From positions 18,263 to 82,262 of the forward strand of contig QHQA01000021.1 in the NCBI GenBank assembly GCA_003219695.1: 64,000 bases of DNA. Reading direction: 5' to 3'. The position numbers and the translations under genes are program-made. This DNA is from Verrucomicrobiota bacterium (lineage in GTDB: Bacteria > Verrucomicrobiota > Verrucomicrobiia > Chthoniobacterales > UBA10450). How positions within the stretch are numbered: position 1 is the first letter of the stretch; each line of letters starts with the position of its first letter. Shown in pieces: positions 1 through 9,047 of this stretch. The notes beneath the pieces were generated by a model that saw only the letters and a list, made by a program, of their open reading frames with translations, did no database searches and was not told the origin of the DNA.

Positions 1-787
1 GGAACAACGCGTGCGCGAGCGAACACATGAGCTGCGTGCGGCGAACAAGGAGTTGAAAGACGAAATCGCCCAGCGGAAAGGCCTAGAAGGCGAAATTCTT
101 GAAATCAGCGATCGGGAACAACAGCGTCTGGGGCAGGAACTACACGATGGACTTTGCCAGCATTTGACCGCGGTGGCGTTCATGGCGCGCTCGGTCGCGT
201 TGCGATTGAAAAATCATCGCGTCATCGACGCAACTGATATCGAAAAAATCGCAAATCTGGTAAACGACGCTGCGACCGACACGCGCAATCTTTCCCGCGT
301 CATGCACCGGATCGATATCGATGCGGCTGGTTTCATAACTGCCTTGGAAGATTTGGTTGACCGGGAAATCTGGAGGATACCCTGCCGGCTGCAGGTCAAA
401 CCGTCATTTCACATTGAAGATGACGTTGCCGCAGCACAGCTCTATCGCATCGCTCGCGAAGCAGTGATTAACGCCAACAAACATGCTCAGGCACGAGAAA
501 TTGTCATCAAACTGGAGGGGATGGGAAAGCAGATGGTCTTGAGCGTGTCCGATGATGGCGTCGGTTTTCGGAATGCTCCGAATAAAACGCACGGGTTGGG
601 TTTCCACATCATGAAATACCGCGCGCAAGCAATCGGCGGCCACTTGGAAATCGAATGCCCAAAAAAAAGCGGCACACGGGTGACCTGCTATTTGCCGGAT
701 AAAGCGGCCCAATCACAAGACAGAAAAAATACGGGGATACAGCCGTTCTCTGCAAAACTCACAAAAGCAATAGCCGCGTTGATCTAA
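1..787 (+). CDS. Sensor histidine kinase, C-terminal part (HisKA_3-type H-box plus HATPase_c); 5' end cut by the window edge
   Basis: ORF 11..787 with the frame open back to base 2. H-box ELHDGLCQHL, N-box EAVINANKHA, G-boxes DDGVGF and GLGFHIM. A NarL-type regulator follows. Confidence 0.8.
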   Translation, partial: EQRVRERTHELRAANKELKDEIAQRKGLEGEILEISDREQQRLGQELHDGLCQHLTAVAFMARSVALRLKNHRVIDATDIEKIANLVNDAATDTRNLSRVMHRIDIDAAGFITALEDLVDREIWRIPCRLQVKPSFHIEDDVAAAQLYRIAREAVINANKHAQAREIVIKLEGMGKQMVLSVSDDGVGFRNAPNKTHGLGFHIMKYRAQAIGGHLEIECPKKSGTRVTCYLPDKAAQSQDRKNTGIQPFSAKLTKAIAALI

Positions 788-941
788 AACTTTTCTACAT
801 CGGATAAGCCGCCGAACGGCGAATTGGAAGAAGAGGGGAGTCAGAAGTGCACTGAAACCACGGCTGCAAAGGACACGCGGCCCAGAAACCGCATTATGCA
901 AAATTCGGGTTACCGGGGCGAGCGACGAAGCCGCAGCCCAA

Positions 942-1089
942 GTAGCGCAGACTTCGCCGTCACCGGACGGATTCGCCGTGGCGAACAAGTCTGCCGTATC
1001 GCGGGTTTCCAAACCCGCTTGGCGCGCGATTTCTCTAGCCCTGCCGATTTGGAAATCGTCGATACGGCAGGTTTTGAAACCTGCGCTAC
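942..1089. repeat. Composite palindromic element bounded by GTAGCGCAG...CTGCGCTAC (family A)
   Basis: Terminal inverted repeats gtagcgcag / ctgcgctac. Internal hairpins cgggtttccaaacccg and gccgatttggaaatcg. A second copy lies at 60119..60236. Confidence 0.8.
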
Positions 1090-1176
1090 AACGCGGTGGC
1101 GCGCCGAAAAGTTTTCGCAAGCTTGCGAAAACTTCAGAGATACTAGCACGAAGGCAGCACGCTGTTGCAGGCTAAA

Positions 1177-1875
1177 ATGAAATACGCCAGATCCACCAAC
1201 GCGAACCCGCGATGCGATCCGCCCAAGGCGAAACGGATCGTGCTCGTCGATGATCACCCATTGTTTCGAAAAGGCCTTCAGGAATTGATTCATTCCGAGG
1301 CTGATTTCGCAGTTTGCGGCGAAGCAGGCAACGCGGCGGAAGCGATGGAGGTAATTCGTAAACTGAATCCCGATATGGCGATCGTGGATCTTAGTTTGCC
1401 CGGCGCCAACGGCATTGAGTTGATCAAAAATATTCGCTCGGAATTTCCGAAGCTGCCGATTCTGGTTCTCTCGATGCACGACGAATCGCTCTACGCACTG
1501 CGCGCACTGCGCGCCGGAGCGGAAGGCTACGTCATGAAGCATGAAGCAATGGCCAATGTCTTCCAGGCAATCCGGGAAGTTTTTAATGGACGTCCTTATC
1601 TCAGCCCAGCCATGGCGGCGCAGGTGATCACAAAATCCACACATCGCCAGGCTGAAGGCGAAACCGACGCAGTGGAGAGACTCAGCGATCGGGAGCTTGA
1701 GATTCTGGAACTGATCGGCAAAGGCAACGAAGTGCGTCAGATCGCGAAGCTATTACATCTCAGCCCCAAGACGGTGGAAACCCACCGGGCACACATCAAA
1801 GACAAACTCGATCTGAAAAATTCACGGGAAGTCGCCCGCTTCGCCCTGCAATGGCTGCAAGCCCGCGAAGGGTAA
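1177..1875 (+). CDS. Response regulator, NarL/FixJ family (REC plus LuxR-type HTH)
   Basis: KRIVLVDDHPLFRKGL, DMAIVDLSLPG and the C-terminal LSDRELEILELIGKGNEVRQIAKLLHLSPKTVETHRAHI. ATG at 1177 chosen inside ORF 1165..1875. Confidence 0.85.
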   Translation: MKYARSTNANPRCDPPKAKRIVLVDDHPLFRKGLQELIHSEADFAVCGEAGNAAEAMEVIRKLNPDMAIVDLSLPGANGIELIKNIRSEFPKLPILVLSMHDESLYALRALRAGAEGYVMKHEAMANVFQAIREVFNGRPYLSPAMAAQVITKSTHRQAEGETDAVERLSDRELEILELIGKGNEVRQIAKLLHLSPKTVETHRAHIKDKLDLKNSREVARFALQWLQAREG

Positions 1876-1892
1876 CCGTGTCCCGAAGCGCC

Positions 1893-1975
1893 GGAGCACC
1901 GGCGCACTCCAAAACGCAAGCGAGAAATGAGGCACTGGATGACGGCCACGTTTTGGAGTACGGCGCTGGTGCGCC
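1893..1975. repeat. Palindromic repeat ggagcaccggcgcactccaaaacg ... cgttttggagtacggcgctggtgc (family I)
   Basis: Inverted arms read directly. A related half-copy gcgttttggagtgcggcggtactccgctgctttt lies at 54538..54571. Confidence 0.7.
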
Positions 1976-2113
1976 GCTCTTTCACCTCATAAGTTAAAAG
2001 AGGCGACTCACGGTTCAAACTCGCTTGAACGCTTCAACTCTTCCTTGCCCTTCTTAGCGCTTGAGAAGCCTTCGGAGTGTCCTTGGCAAAGGCGACGACG
2101 CTTCAACCGCGGG

Positions 2114-2470
2114 CTACACCTGGGACGACTCTTTGATATAGGTGTGGCTCAAGGCGGCTGCAGCAATGATGATCCCCAGGATAACGTTATTCCACATGGC
2201 AGTGCCGCCGAGAAAGAGCACGAATGGTGAAATAACGAGCCATATCCCCAGGATTAGATTTAGCCAACTCCATCCCGGCCGATGCATAAGCCAGCGGATC
2301 AGCGCAAGAATGCCCACCACAGCGCCCGTGACCACGTTATTCCACACCGCCTTGGAGGAGTTAAACCCGAGCACAAAAGGCGAGATAATCACCCAGATCC
2401 CCAGCAGCACATTTAACCAACCGATCTCCCCCCTACTCCGCGCAGGCACGTCAACTGGCTGTTCGTTCAT
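2114..2470 (-). CDS. Small membrane protein with two SPW-repeat-like units
   Basis: Duplicated motif WLNVLLGIWVIISPFVLGF / WLNLILGIWLVISPFVLFL. Start taken at the internal ATG (MNEQP) of ORF 2114..2530. Confidence 0.5.
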   Translation of the reverse strand: MNEQPVDVPARSRGEIGWLNVLLGIWVIISPFVLGFNSSKAVWNNVVTGAVVGILALIRWLMHRPGWSWLNLILGIWLVISPFVLFLGGTAMWNNVILGIIIAAAALSHTYIKESSQV

Positions 2471-2685
2471 GTGTGTCTCCTTTTCCAATTCTAGGTAACT
2501 CGTGTCTAGCTTTATTTCGATTTCTGCCAACCGTTCCGGTGTATTTTCTTAAACGAAATTTTTCGGGAGAACCATGATATTGATACGAGTTCAAGATGGG
2601 ATCGACGCACCGTTCTCTGGGCGCCGATCGACAGCCGGCCACTTTCCCTTTTGATGGGCGCGGAAGCTATCGCATAGTTTCTGGG

Positions 2686-3609
2686 ATGAAATCGAACACG
2701 CGGGAGGCGGTAGAGGAACTACTTCAGACCTATGGCGAAACGGGCGGGATCAATTACCTCGCAGCTGCTGCCACTCTGCCTTCGCGTCTCGCCATCGAAG
2801 CGGCTTGCGCGGAATTGATGAGCCTGATGTTCCCAGGGTTTCGCAGCGAAGCGCTGGTGAGCTCCGATGATCTGACGGACACCACGCGGACGCGCATAAG
2901 AAATTTGCACGCCCGGCTGAAAACAGAAATTTGCAGAAGCCTCGGTAAAGTCCCTCCAGACGAAGCAACGGAAACAAAAGCGGAAGAAGTCTTGAGTATG
3001 TTTTTAAAGGAGTTGCCCTCGGTGCGTCGCCTTCTTTGGACGGACATCGACGCCGCTTACGAAGGCGATCCCGCGGCGAAAAGTTACGAGGAAATCATTC
3101 TCGCGTATCCGGCGCTGGAAGCGATCGCGATTTATCGAATGGCGCATCTGCTCTATGGCAAGGTGCCATTGATCCCGCGCATCATGACCGAGTGGGCGCA
3201 CAGCCGCACCGGCATCGATATCCACCCTGGTGCGCAGATCCGCTCGCATTTTTTTATCGACCACGGCACCGGCGTGGTGATCGGTGAGACTAGCGAGATC
3301 GGATCGCGAGTGAAACTTTATCATGGCGTCACACTCGGTGCGCGCAGTTTTCAGAAGGATGAGCACGGCAAAATAAAAAAGGGCGGCAAACGCCATCCCA
3401 AGGTGGAGGACGACGTCACCATCTATCCGAACTCGACCGTGCTCGGCGGCGAAACCGTGGTCGGCGCAAGATCGACCATAGGCGGCAACGTTTTCCTTGT
3501 GCAGAGTGTCCCGCCCGATTCGCTGGTGTACTATGAAGAGAAACAATTGCGCATCGTGCCGAAACGAAAGCGCCGCCCGGAAACCACTCGCGATGAATTT
3601 CGGGAATAA
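2686..3609 (+). CDS. cysE: Serine O-acetyltransferase (long EpsC/CysE type, hexapeptide-repeat transferase)
   Basis: IDIHPGAQIRSHFFIDHGTGVVIGETSEIGSRVKLYHGVTLGA and the N-terminal LMFPGFRSE motif. ATG at 2686 inside ORF 2596..3609. Confidence 0.8.
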   Translation: MKSNTREAVEELLQTYGETGGINYLAAAATLPSRLAIEAACAELMSLMFPGFRSEALVSSDDLTDTTRTRIRNLHARLKTEICRSLGKVPPDEATETKAEEVLSMFLKELPSVRRLLWTDIDAAYEGDPAAKSYEEIILAYPALEAIAIYRMAHLLYGKVPLIPRIMTEWAHSRTGIDIHPGAQIRSHFFIDHGTGVVIGETSEIGSRVKLYHGVTLGARSFQKDEHGKIKKGGKRHPKVEDDVTIYPNSTVLGGETVVGARSTIGGNVFLVQSVPPDSLVYYEEKQLRIVPKRKRRPETTRDEFRE

Positions 3610-3622
3610 AAAACGCAAAACC

Positions 3623-3704
3623 TGTAGCCGCTTCGCTGTGCGAAGCGCAACGCTGGCGTGTCTGGAACGCAGCGGATCGCGCGTCTCACAGAGACGCGGC
3701 TACA
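3623..3704. repeat. REP-like palindromic element TGTAGCCG...CGGCTACA (family B)
   Basis: tgtagccgcttcgctgtgcgaagcg ... gtctcacagagacgcggctaca. Nested hairpins in the cysE / cysteine desulfurase spacer. Confidence 0.8.
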
Positions 3705-3712
3705 GCGCCGGT

Positions 3713-3745
3713 GATCACGAGCATGAGCATGAGTAAGATTAAGAG
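3713..3745 (+). repeat. GAGCAY hexamer array directly upstream of a start codon (family D)
   Basis: gatcacgagcatgagcatgagtaagattaagagg ends about 7 nt before the TTG/ATG at 3752/3755. Confidence 0.65.
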
Positions 3746-3751
3746 GAAGAG

Positions 3752-4936
3752 TTGATGATTTACCTCGATTACAACGCAACAACCCCGCTATGTGAGCCGG
3801 CGCGCGAGGCGATGATGCCGTATCTTGATCGGCACTTTGGAAATCCCTCCAGTGTGCACGCAGCCGGTCGCGAAGCGCGCGCCGCAATCGACGACGCTCG
3901 CGACAAGCTCGCGGCATCACTGCGGATCAAGCCAAACGAAATCATTTTCACCAGCGGCGGAACCGAATCATGCAATCTCGCCGTGTTCGGGCTAGCGCGC
4001 TCCCGATCAACGGGTGGCCTGCCCGCCGTAGCCTCGGCGAAGGCGGGCCACATCATTTCAGCCAAAACCGAACATCATGCGGTGCTTAACGCAGTCGAGC
4101 ATTTGGAAAAGCACGAGCGCTTTGAAGTGACGTGGCTGAATGTTTCCCGCGACGGAATTGTCGATCTTGATCACCTCGCCAAATCGATTCGCCCCGAGAC
4201 GCGGCTTGTTTCAATCATGGCCGCGAACAACGAGACTGGCGTGATCCAGCCGATCCGTGAAATCTCGCGAATTTGTCGCGAGCGCGGTGTCCTTTTACAC
4301 AGCGACATGGTGCAGGCATTCGGGAAAATAGACATCGATCTCTCGCTCGTCGATGCCGCCAGCTCCGCTGCGCACAAATTTTATGGACCAAAAGGCGTAG
4401 GATTTCTATTCTTGCGCAGTGGTCTCTCGATCCAGCCGATCATGTTTGGCGGCGCGCACGAAAACGAACGGCGCCCCGGGACAGAAAACGTGGCCGCAAT
4501 TGCGGCGATGGCAGCCGCCGCCGAGTGGACCTCGCGCGATCGGGACGGCGAACAGGAGCGCGAACGGCAATTGCGCGACGCACTTTGGACGCGAATCTCG
4601 GAAACCATCCCGAACGCAAAACAAAACGGCGCAAACGCGCCGCGCCTGGCGAATACGTTGAACGTGAGTCTGCTCGGGCTCGATTCCGAAATGCTGCTGA
4701 TCGCGCTGGACTTGGAAGGCGTCTGCGCCTCCAGCGGCTCTGCCTGCATGGTGGGATCAGTCGTTGCGTCGCACGTTTTACTCGCGATGGGTTTGCCGGT
4801 CGAGCGCGCGCGCTCCGCAGTGCGGTTCTCACTGGGTAAATGGACAACCGCCGATGAAATCAAGGCGGCCGGAGACGCGGTGCGGAAAATTGTTGATCGC
4901 CTGGAGACGCGCAAGAGCGCCTATGCCGTTGCTTAG
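3752..4936 (+). CDS. Cysteine desulfurase (class V aminotransferase, NifS/IscS-like)
   Basis: IYLDYNATTP, GNPSSVHAAG, PLP-lysine context SAAHKFYGPKG and the active-site loop SSGSAC. Confidence 0.85.
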   Translation: MMIYLDYNATTPLCEPAREAMMPYLDRHFGNPSSVHAAGREARAAIDDARDKLAASLRIKPNEIIFTSGGTESCNLAVFGLARSRSTGGLPAVASAKAGHIISAKTEHHAVLNAVEHLEKHERFEVTWLNVSRDGIVDLDHLAKSIRPETRLVSIMAANNETGVIQPIREISRICRERGVLLHSDMVQAFGKIDIDLSLVDAASSAAHKFYGPKGVGFLFLRSGLSIQPIMFGGAHENERRPGTENVAAIAAMAAAAEWTSRDRDGEQERERQLRDALWTRISETIPNAKQNGANAPRLANTLNVSLLGLDSEMLLIALDLEGVCASSGSACMVGSVVASHVLLAMGLPVERARSAVRFSLGKWTTADEIKAAGDAVRKIVDRLETRKSAYAVA

Positions 4937-5513
4937 GCAACTCGAATTCAGGTTTCAGACTGTAGCCGCGTCCCTGTGGGACGCGGCGCGCTTCGCACAG
5001 CGAAGCGGCTACAATAGTGATGTCGAGGGAAAAGCTCGCCATCTATTGCGCGCCAACGGCGCAGATCGAATCGCGCGCGAGCTCCGCGTGGAATGGAATT
5101 CGCGACTGAAGACTTGTGCTGGTCGCGCGGATTATCGCCAGAAACTGATCTCGCTGAATCCACGATTGTTCGAGCATCCAGCGGAAATCGATCGAACTTT
5201 GCGCCATGAACTAGCGCATATTCTCGCGCAGTTCCGCGCCGGCCGGCGCCGTATTCTTCTGCACGGCGTCGAGTGGCAAACCGCCTGCCGCGATTTGGGA
5301 ATCGCCGGCGAGAAGCGCTGTCACAATCTCCCGTTCCAAGCACGGACTTACGCTGCACGGTTCATTTATCGCTGTCCGAATTGCCGTCAGGAATTTCCAC
5401 GAGTTCGCCGCGTGCGCCGCGCTATTGCATGCCTTGCCTGTTGCCGCGCCCATAACGGCGGAGAATTCGACACGCGATTTCGATTGCGACTTATAGCAAG
5501 CCCCTCGTTGTAG
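4923..5513 (+). CDS. SprT-like zinc metalloprotease domain protein (start uncertain)
   Basis: HExxH motif LRHELAHIL plus a C-terminal Cys cluster (CPNC...CLACC). ATG 4923 chosen inside ORF 4764..5513. The N-terminal 30 codons run through a family B repeat. Confidence 0.6.
   Translation: MPLLRQLEFRFQTVAASLWDAARFAQRSGYNSDVEGKARHLLRANGADRIARELRVEWNSRLKTCAGRADYRQKLISLNPRLFEHPAEIDRTLRHELAHILAQFRAGRRRILLHGVEWQTACRDLGIAGEKRCHNLPFQARTYAARFIYRCPNCRQEFPRVRRVRRAIACLACCRAHNGGEFDTRFRLRLIASPSL
4961..5013. repeat. REP-like element TGTAGCCG...CGGCTACA (family B), short copy
   Basis: tgtagccgcgtccctgtgggacgcggcgcgcttcgcacagcgaagcggctaca contains two hairpins. Confidence 0.75.
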
Positions 5514-5559
5514 CGGCGTTTGTGTCAAACGCCAGGCGCTTGGCACAAGCGCCTCTACA
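5509..5559. repeat. Family B-like double hairpin between convergent genes; likely bidirectional terminator
   Basis: tgtagcggcgtttgtgtcaaacgcc aggcgcttggcacaagcgcct ctaca spans the stop codons of the SprT-like gene (5513) and prfB (5555). Confidence 0.6.
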
Positions 5560-6689
5560 CTTCTTCTTGCGTTTTAACATTCTTCTCGCCGCGTAATTTC
5601 GCCTGTATGAACATGTCGATGTCGCCGTCCATCACGGCTTGAACATTGCTGGTCTCCGCGCCGGTCCGGTGATCTTTCACCATTTGATACGGCTGAAACA
5701 CGTAGGAGCGAATTTGATTTCCCCACGCGATCTCGCCTTTCTCACCATATTGCCGCTCCATCTCGGCGCGTTTTTTGTCTTCTTCGAGCTGATAGAGTTT
5801 CGCTTTCAACATTTTCATCGCGAGCTCGCGATTGCGCCCCTGGCTGCGCTCGGCCTGGCAGGCGACCACAATCCCGCTGGGCTTATGCAAAATGCGCACC
5901 GCGGTTTCGACCTTGTTGACGTTTTGCCCGCCTTTGCCGCCGCTGCGAAACGTATCGATCTCCAAATCAGATGGATTAATTTCAATCGGTGCCGTATCGG
6001 CAATTTCAGGAACAACATCGACACTCGCGAACGAAGTGTGCCGCCGCTTGTTTGCATCGAACGGCGAAATGCGCACGAGCCGGTGAACACCGCGCTCGGT
6101 CTCTAGATGTCCATACGCGTACTCGCCAGTCACGAGCAGTGTTACCGATTTAATACCGACTTCTTCGCCTTGTTGAATGTCCACGGTCTGCGATTTGAAA
6201 CCGCTGCGCTCGATCCAGCGCTGGTACATCCGCAGCAACATGTCGGCCCAATCGCACGATTCGGTGCCGCCCGCGCCGGAGTGAATGGTGAGAAAGGCGT
6301 TGGCTCGATCGTTCTCACCCGAAAAGAACTGGCACAACTCGAATTCCTCCAGCTTATGAACCAGGCGGTCATGTTCGGTCGCGACTTCCTTCTCTGCATG
6401 CGCGCGACCCGCCGGGTCGCTTTCTTCCGCAGCCAACTGCTGTAAGACGCTAAAATCCTCGATCTCGCGTTCCAGCTGCTGGAACGGATTGATGAGCGAG
6501 CGTAACCGGGAGACTTCCTCGACATCGGCCTGGGCGCGCTCCCGGTTCGACCAGAAATCGACCGCGGCCATGCGCCCTTCGATTGCGGCTAAATTTTTCT
6601 GGAGCTTTTCGACGTCAAAGAAACCTCCGCAGCTCGCAGACGCGCGATTTCAAATCCTCAGCATCTGGGATGGAGATTTCTGCTGGCAT
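5555..6689 (-). CDS. prfB: Peptide chain release factor 2, made by a programmed +1 frameshift
   Basis: ORF 5555..6571 carries the RF2 motifs (SPF...GGQ: [13 protein letters not shown]). A 24-codon leader (ATG at 6689, [24 protein letters not shown]) ends at CTT TGA C, and the +1 frame joins the main ORF. Confidence 0.9.
6614..6620 (-). promoter_or_regulatory. prfB: RF2 autoregulatory +1 frameshift site CTT TGA C with an upstream GGAGG
   Basis: The minus strand reads cggaggtttCTTTGAC. Frame arithmetic checked: 6689 to 6617 is a multiple of 3, and so is 6616 to 6571. Confidence 0.85.
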
Positions 6690-6750
6690 GGGGAAAGATA
6701 CTTGAATTCACGGCGAATCGCAAAGACGAGACGAGCGGGTTTCTAATTCT

Positions 6751-6893
6751 GGGGAGCACAGGCTGCCAGCCTGTTGTCGTCGGCAGCTTGCCGACGACTC
6801 TCGCAATGCGTCGCAACAATTCTTCACAGTGCAAGGTTCGAAGAGCTTTTCGGCAGGCTGCCGAAAAGGACAGGCTGGCAGCCTATACTCCCC
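6751..6893. repeat. 143-nt element with terminal inverted repeats GGGGAGCACAGGCTGCCAGCCTGT / ACAGGCTGGCAGCCTATACTCCCC
   Basis: Arms read directly. Internal hairpins cggcagcttgccg and cggcaggctgccg. Confidence 0.75.
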
Positions 6894-6906
6894 AGAAGAT
6901 GATACC

Positions 6907-7269
6907 CTACTTTCGCGCGGAATCGTTCGGCTTCGGTTTGGCGCGCGCCGTCTCAAGGCGAAAAACTGTTTCGCCCTCCTTCATCAGATCAAGGCGATCA
7001 CGCGCAATCGTTTCCAGATAAGTCTCGTCTGTCTTGAGCAGGTTGACCTCGCGCGTCTGGCGCGCGAGCAAACTTTGCTGTTCGTTCACCTGCTGTTGCA
7101 GATTGTCGATCTCTGCGCGGCTCCTCATCAGTTTTTTGTACGGCGGAACAAACAAGCTCACAATCACAAGCCAGATCGCGATCACCAGCAGGACGAGAAG
7201 AATTCGGTTCAGTCGCTGCCAGACGCTGGCTTGGCGACGGGCGCGGAAATCGCCGTAACTGTGATCCAC
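6907..7269 (-). CDS. ftsB: Septum formation initiator (FtsB/DivIC family)
   Basis: Single N-terminal TM helix, a coiled coil (IDNLQQQVNEQQSLLARQTREVNLLK) and the terminal ETIARDRLDLMKEGETVF motif. GTG start. Confidence 0.7.
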   Translation of the reverse strand: MDHSYGDFRARRQASVWQRLNRILLVLLVIAIWLVIVSLFVPPYKKLMRSRAEIDNLQQQVNEQQSLLARQTREVNLLKTDETYLETIARDRLDLMKEGETVFRLETARAKPKPNDSARK

Positions 7270-7287
7270 CTAGCCCATTGTAGTGTC

Positions 7288-7461
7288 TTACACGACTTTG
7301 TCACCAAGTTCTTCTTCGATTCGCAACAGCTTTATTGCATCTGGCGATTCGGTCCAGCGCAGGCGGATGGGGAGAGTTTTGCTAGGCGACGCAAACATGC
7401 TTTCGCGAACTATGCCCCGAGAGATTCCCGTTGGCAATTTGGCGTAGGCACGCATAATCAT
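7288..7461 (-). CDS. Small hypothetical protein upstream of ftsB (weak call)
   Basis: ORF 7288..7500 ends 18 nt before the ftsB start on the same strand. No recognisable motif. Confidence 0.25.
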   Translation of the reverse strand: MIMRAYAKLPTGISRGIVRESMFASPSKTLPIRLRWTESPDAIKLLRIEEELGDKVV

Positions 7462-7466
7462 GAGCA

Positions 7467-8282
7467 ATGATTCGTTTGACCAAACTGTGCCTGCTGGCAT
7501 TGGCGGCGAGCGTTTTGGCAGCCACCGCCGCCACGGATACTGCGCGTCTCTCAGCCGCTCAACTGAAAAAAGCGGTCAGAAGTGATTCGATCAGCATCCC
7601 GACGCCGGGCGAACTTTTCGCCGCGCTTGAAAAGCCGGGGAAAACAAACTGGTCGGCCCAGTATCGCGAGCCGATACCGATGACGTACCGCAACCGAGCG
7701 CAGATCGCGCTGAACCTGGGCGGTTTGGTTGCCGACGGCTTTATCGCCGTCGAAGCAAAGGACAGTCAGCAGGTCAAAAACATCGGGTCGGACATCATCA
7801 AGCTCGCAAAAGCGCTCGGAGTCAGCGAGAAGCTGCTTAGCCGGAGCAGTAGCATTAACGAATTTGCGGAGAACAACGAGTGGGACACGCTACAGGAAGA
7901 ACTGGAAGCGACGCAAAACGAAGTCAAATCCTCAATGCAATCGCATGCCGACCAGGACCTCGTAATTCTGGTGACCCTCGGCGGCTGGATTCGCGGTACC
8001 CAGGTGGTCACCGGAGCGATCATGCAGGACTACGATGAACGCAGCGCGAAAGTTCTGCGCCAACCGGCGCTGGTTCGCTTCATGCAGTCAAAGATTAATG
8101 AAATCTCACCGGAGTTACGCGGGGAACCTCTGGTAAAAGATGTGAGCGAGCAGCTTGGCGAAATCCAGAAGCTGGTTTCTTTTCCACCGGGCAAGGCGCC
8201 CACTGTCGATGAAGTCCGGAAAGTCAACGAAGCCGTTGACAAGGTGATGACGGAAATAGAGAGCAAAGAACTGCCGAAGTGA
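7467..8282 (+). CDS. Secreted hypothetical protein
   Basis: Signal peptide MIRLTKLCLLALAASVLAATAA. Charged helical body, no family motif recognised. Confidence 0.5.
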   Translation: MIRLTKLCLLALAASVLAATAATDTARLSAAQLKKAVRSDSISIPTPGELFAALEKPGKTNWSAQYREPIPMTYRNRAQIALNLGGLVADGFIAVEAKDSQQVKNIGSDIIKLAKALGVSEKLLSRSSSINEFAENNEWDTLQEELEATQNEVKSSMQSHADQDLVILVTLGGWIRGTQVVTGAIMQDYDERSAKVLRQPALVRFMQSKINEISPELRGEPLVKDVSEQLGEIQKLVSFPPGKAPTVDEVRKVNEAVDKVMTEIESKELPK

Positions 8283-8713
8283 AACGCTGTCTGCCGATTT
8301 TTATCTCGCTCTTTACGCTGGGGATGAGCATCGGCGTGCGCGCCGAGACCGACGCCGAGGTGCGCGCGCGCAAAGAGGCGCTTGACGTTGCTGGCGCATT
8401 TTCAAACGATGGTTTCAAGGTTCGAGACGGACATTGGTGCGGGATGGTCAAGCCGCACGAGCATGCGTTGGTGGCGGTGAATCTCTACGCCGGAAACCAG
8501 TACTGGTTCTCTGCCGCAGCCGCGGAACCGGTGAAAAAGATTGCCGTGGGCGTATATGATGAGACTGGCAAACAGATACCTGCCGAAAGGTACAATAACG
8601 AGGAAAAAGCGGCGGCTGGGTTTGCACCCGCGAACAGCGGTCAGTACTACGTTTCGGTCGATCTGGTCGAAGGCGAGCAAGGCAGCTTCTGTCTTGTCTA
8701 TTCTTACAAGTGA
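8279..8713 (+). CDS. Secreted hypothetical protein
   Basis: Signal peptide MKRCLPIFISLFTLGMSIGVRAE. Its start overlaps the preceding stop by 4 nt, which suggests an operon. Confidence 0.5.
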   Translation: MKRCLPIFISLFTLGMSIGVRAETDAEVRARKEALDVAGAFSNDGFKVRDGHWCGMVKPHEHALVAVNLYAGNQYWFSAAAAEPVKKIAVGVYDETGKQIPAERYNNEEKAAAGFAPANSGQYYVSVDLVEGEQGSFCLVYSYK

Positions 8714-8771
8714 ACTTCGAGTTCGCGATGATCTCGGTCCACGTTCAAGTATTCAGCATTTCAGAGTAGCG

Positions 8772-9047
8772 ATGGTTTCGCTCCAGGTTCTATATGAAGG
8801 CAATGTGCAAGGCGTCGGGTTCCGCTGGTCGGTGCGCGACGCAGCCAAAGGCTTCGACGTAACCGGGTGGGTCCGCAATCTGCGGGACGGCCGCGTGGAA
8901 CTTCAGGTTACCGGAGAGGAAAACGAGGTGCGCGCATTCCTCGATCGAATCGCGCAAGGCGAACTTCACTCACTGATTCACACGCAAACCGAAAATAAAT
9001 TGGAGAAGCCGGTCACTGCGCGCGGCTTTGAGATTCGCCATGACTAA
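8772..9047 (+). CDS. acyP: Acylphosphatase
   Basis: VQGVGFRWSVRDAAKGFDVTGWVRNLRDGRVELQVTGEE matches the acylphosphatase signature. ATG 8772 inside ORF 8541..9047. Confidence 0.8.
   Translation: MVSLQVLYEGNVQGVGFRWSVRDAAKGFDVTGWVRNLRDGRVELQVTGEENEVRAFLDRIAQGELHSLIHTQTENKLEKPVTARGFEIRHD

Noticed and set aside
3995-4050. Possible in-frame repeat insertion in the cysteine desulfurase (RSRSTGGLPAVASAKAG, with hairpin cctgcccgcc...ggcgggcc)
   Set aside because: It is only about 10 aa longer than the usual loop and the similarity to family B is marginal. Not enough evidence to report as a finding.
4764-4922. Long 5' extension of the SprT-like ORF, and similar extensions of ORFs 17818, 26508, 31931..33121, 36712..37617, 37955, 46950, 51005..52153
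   Set aside because: The extensions overlap the preceding gene or repeat elements and precede clear signal peptides or conserved N-termini, so internal starts were preferred.
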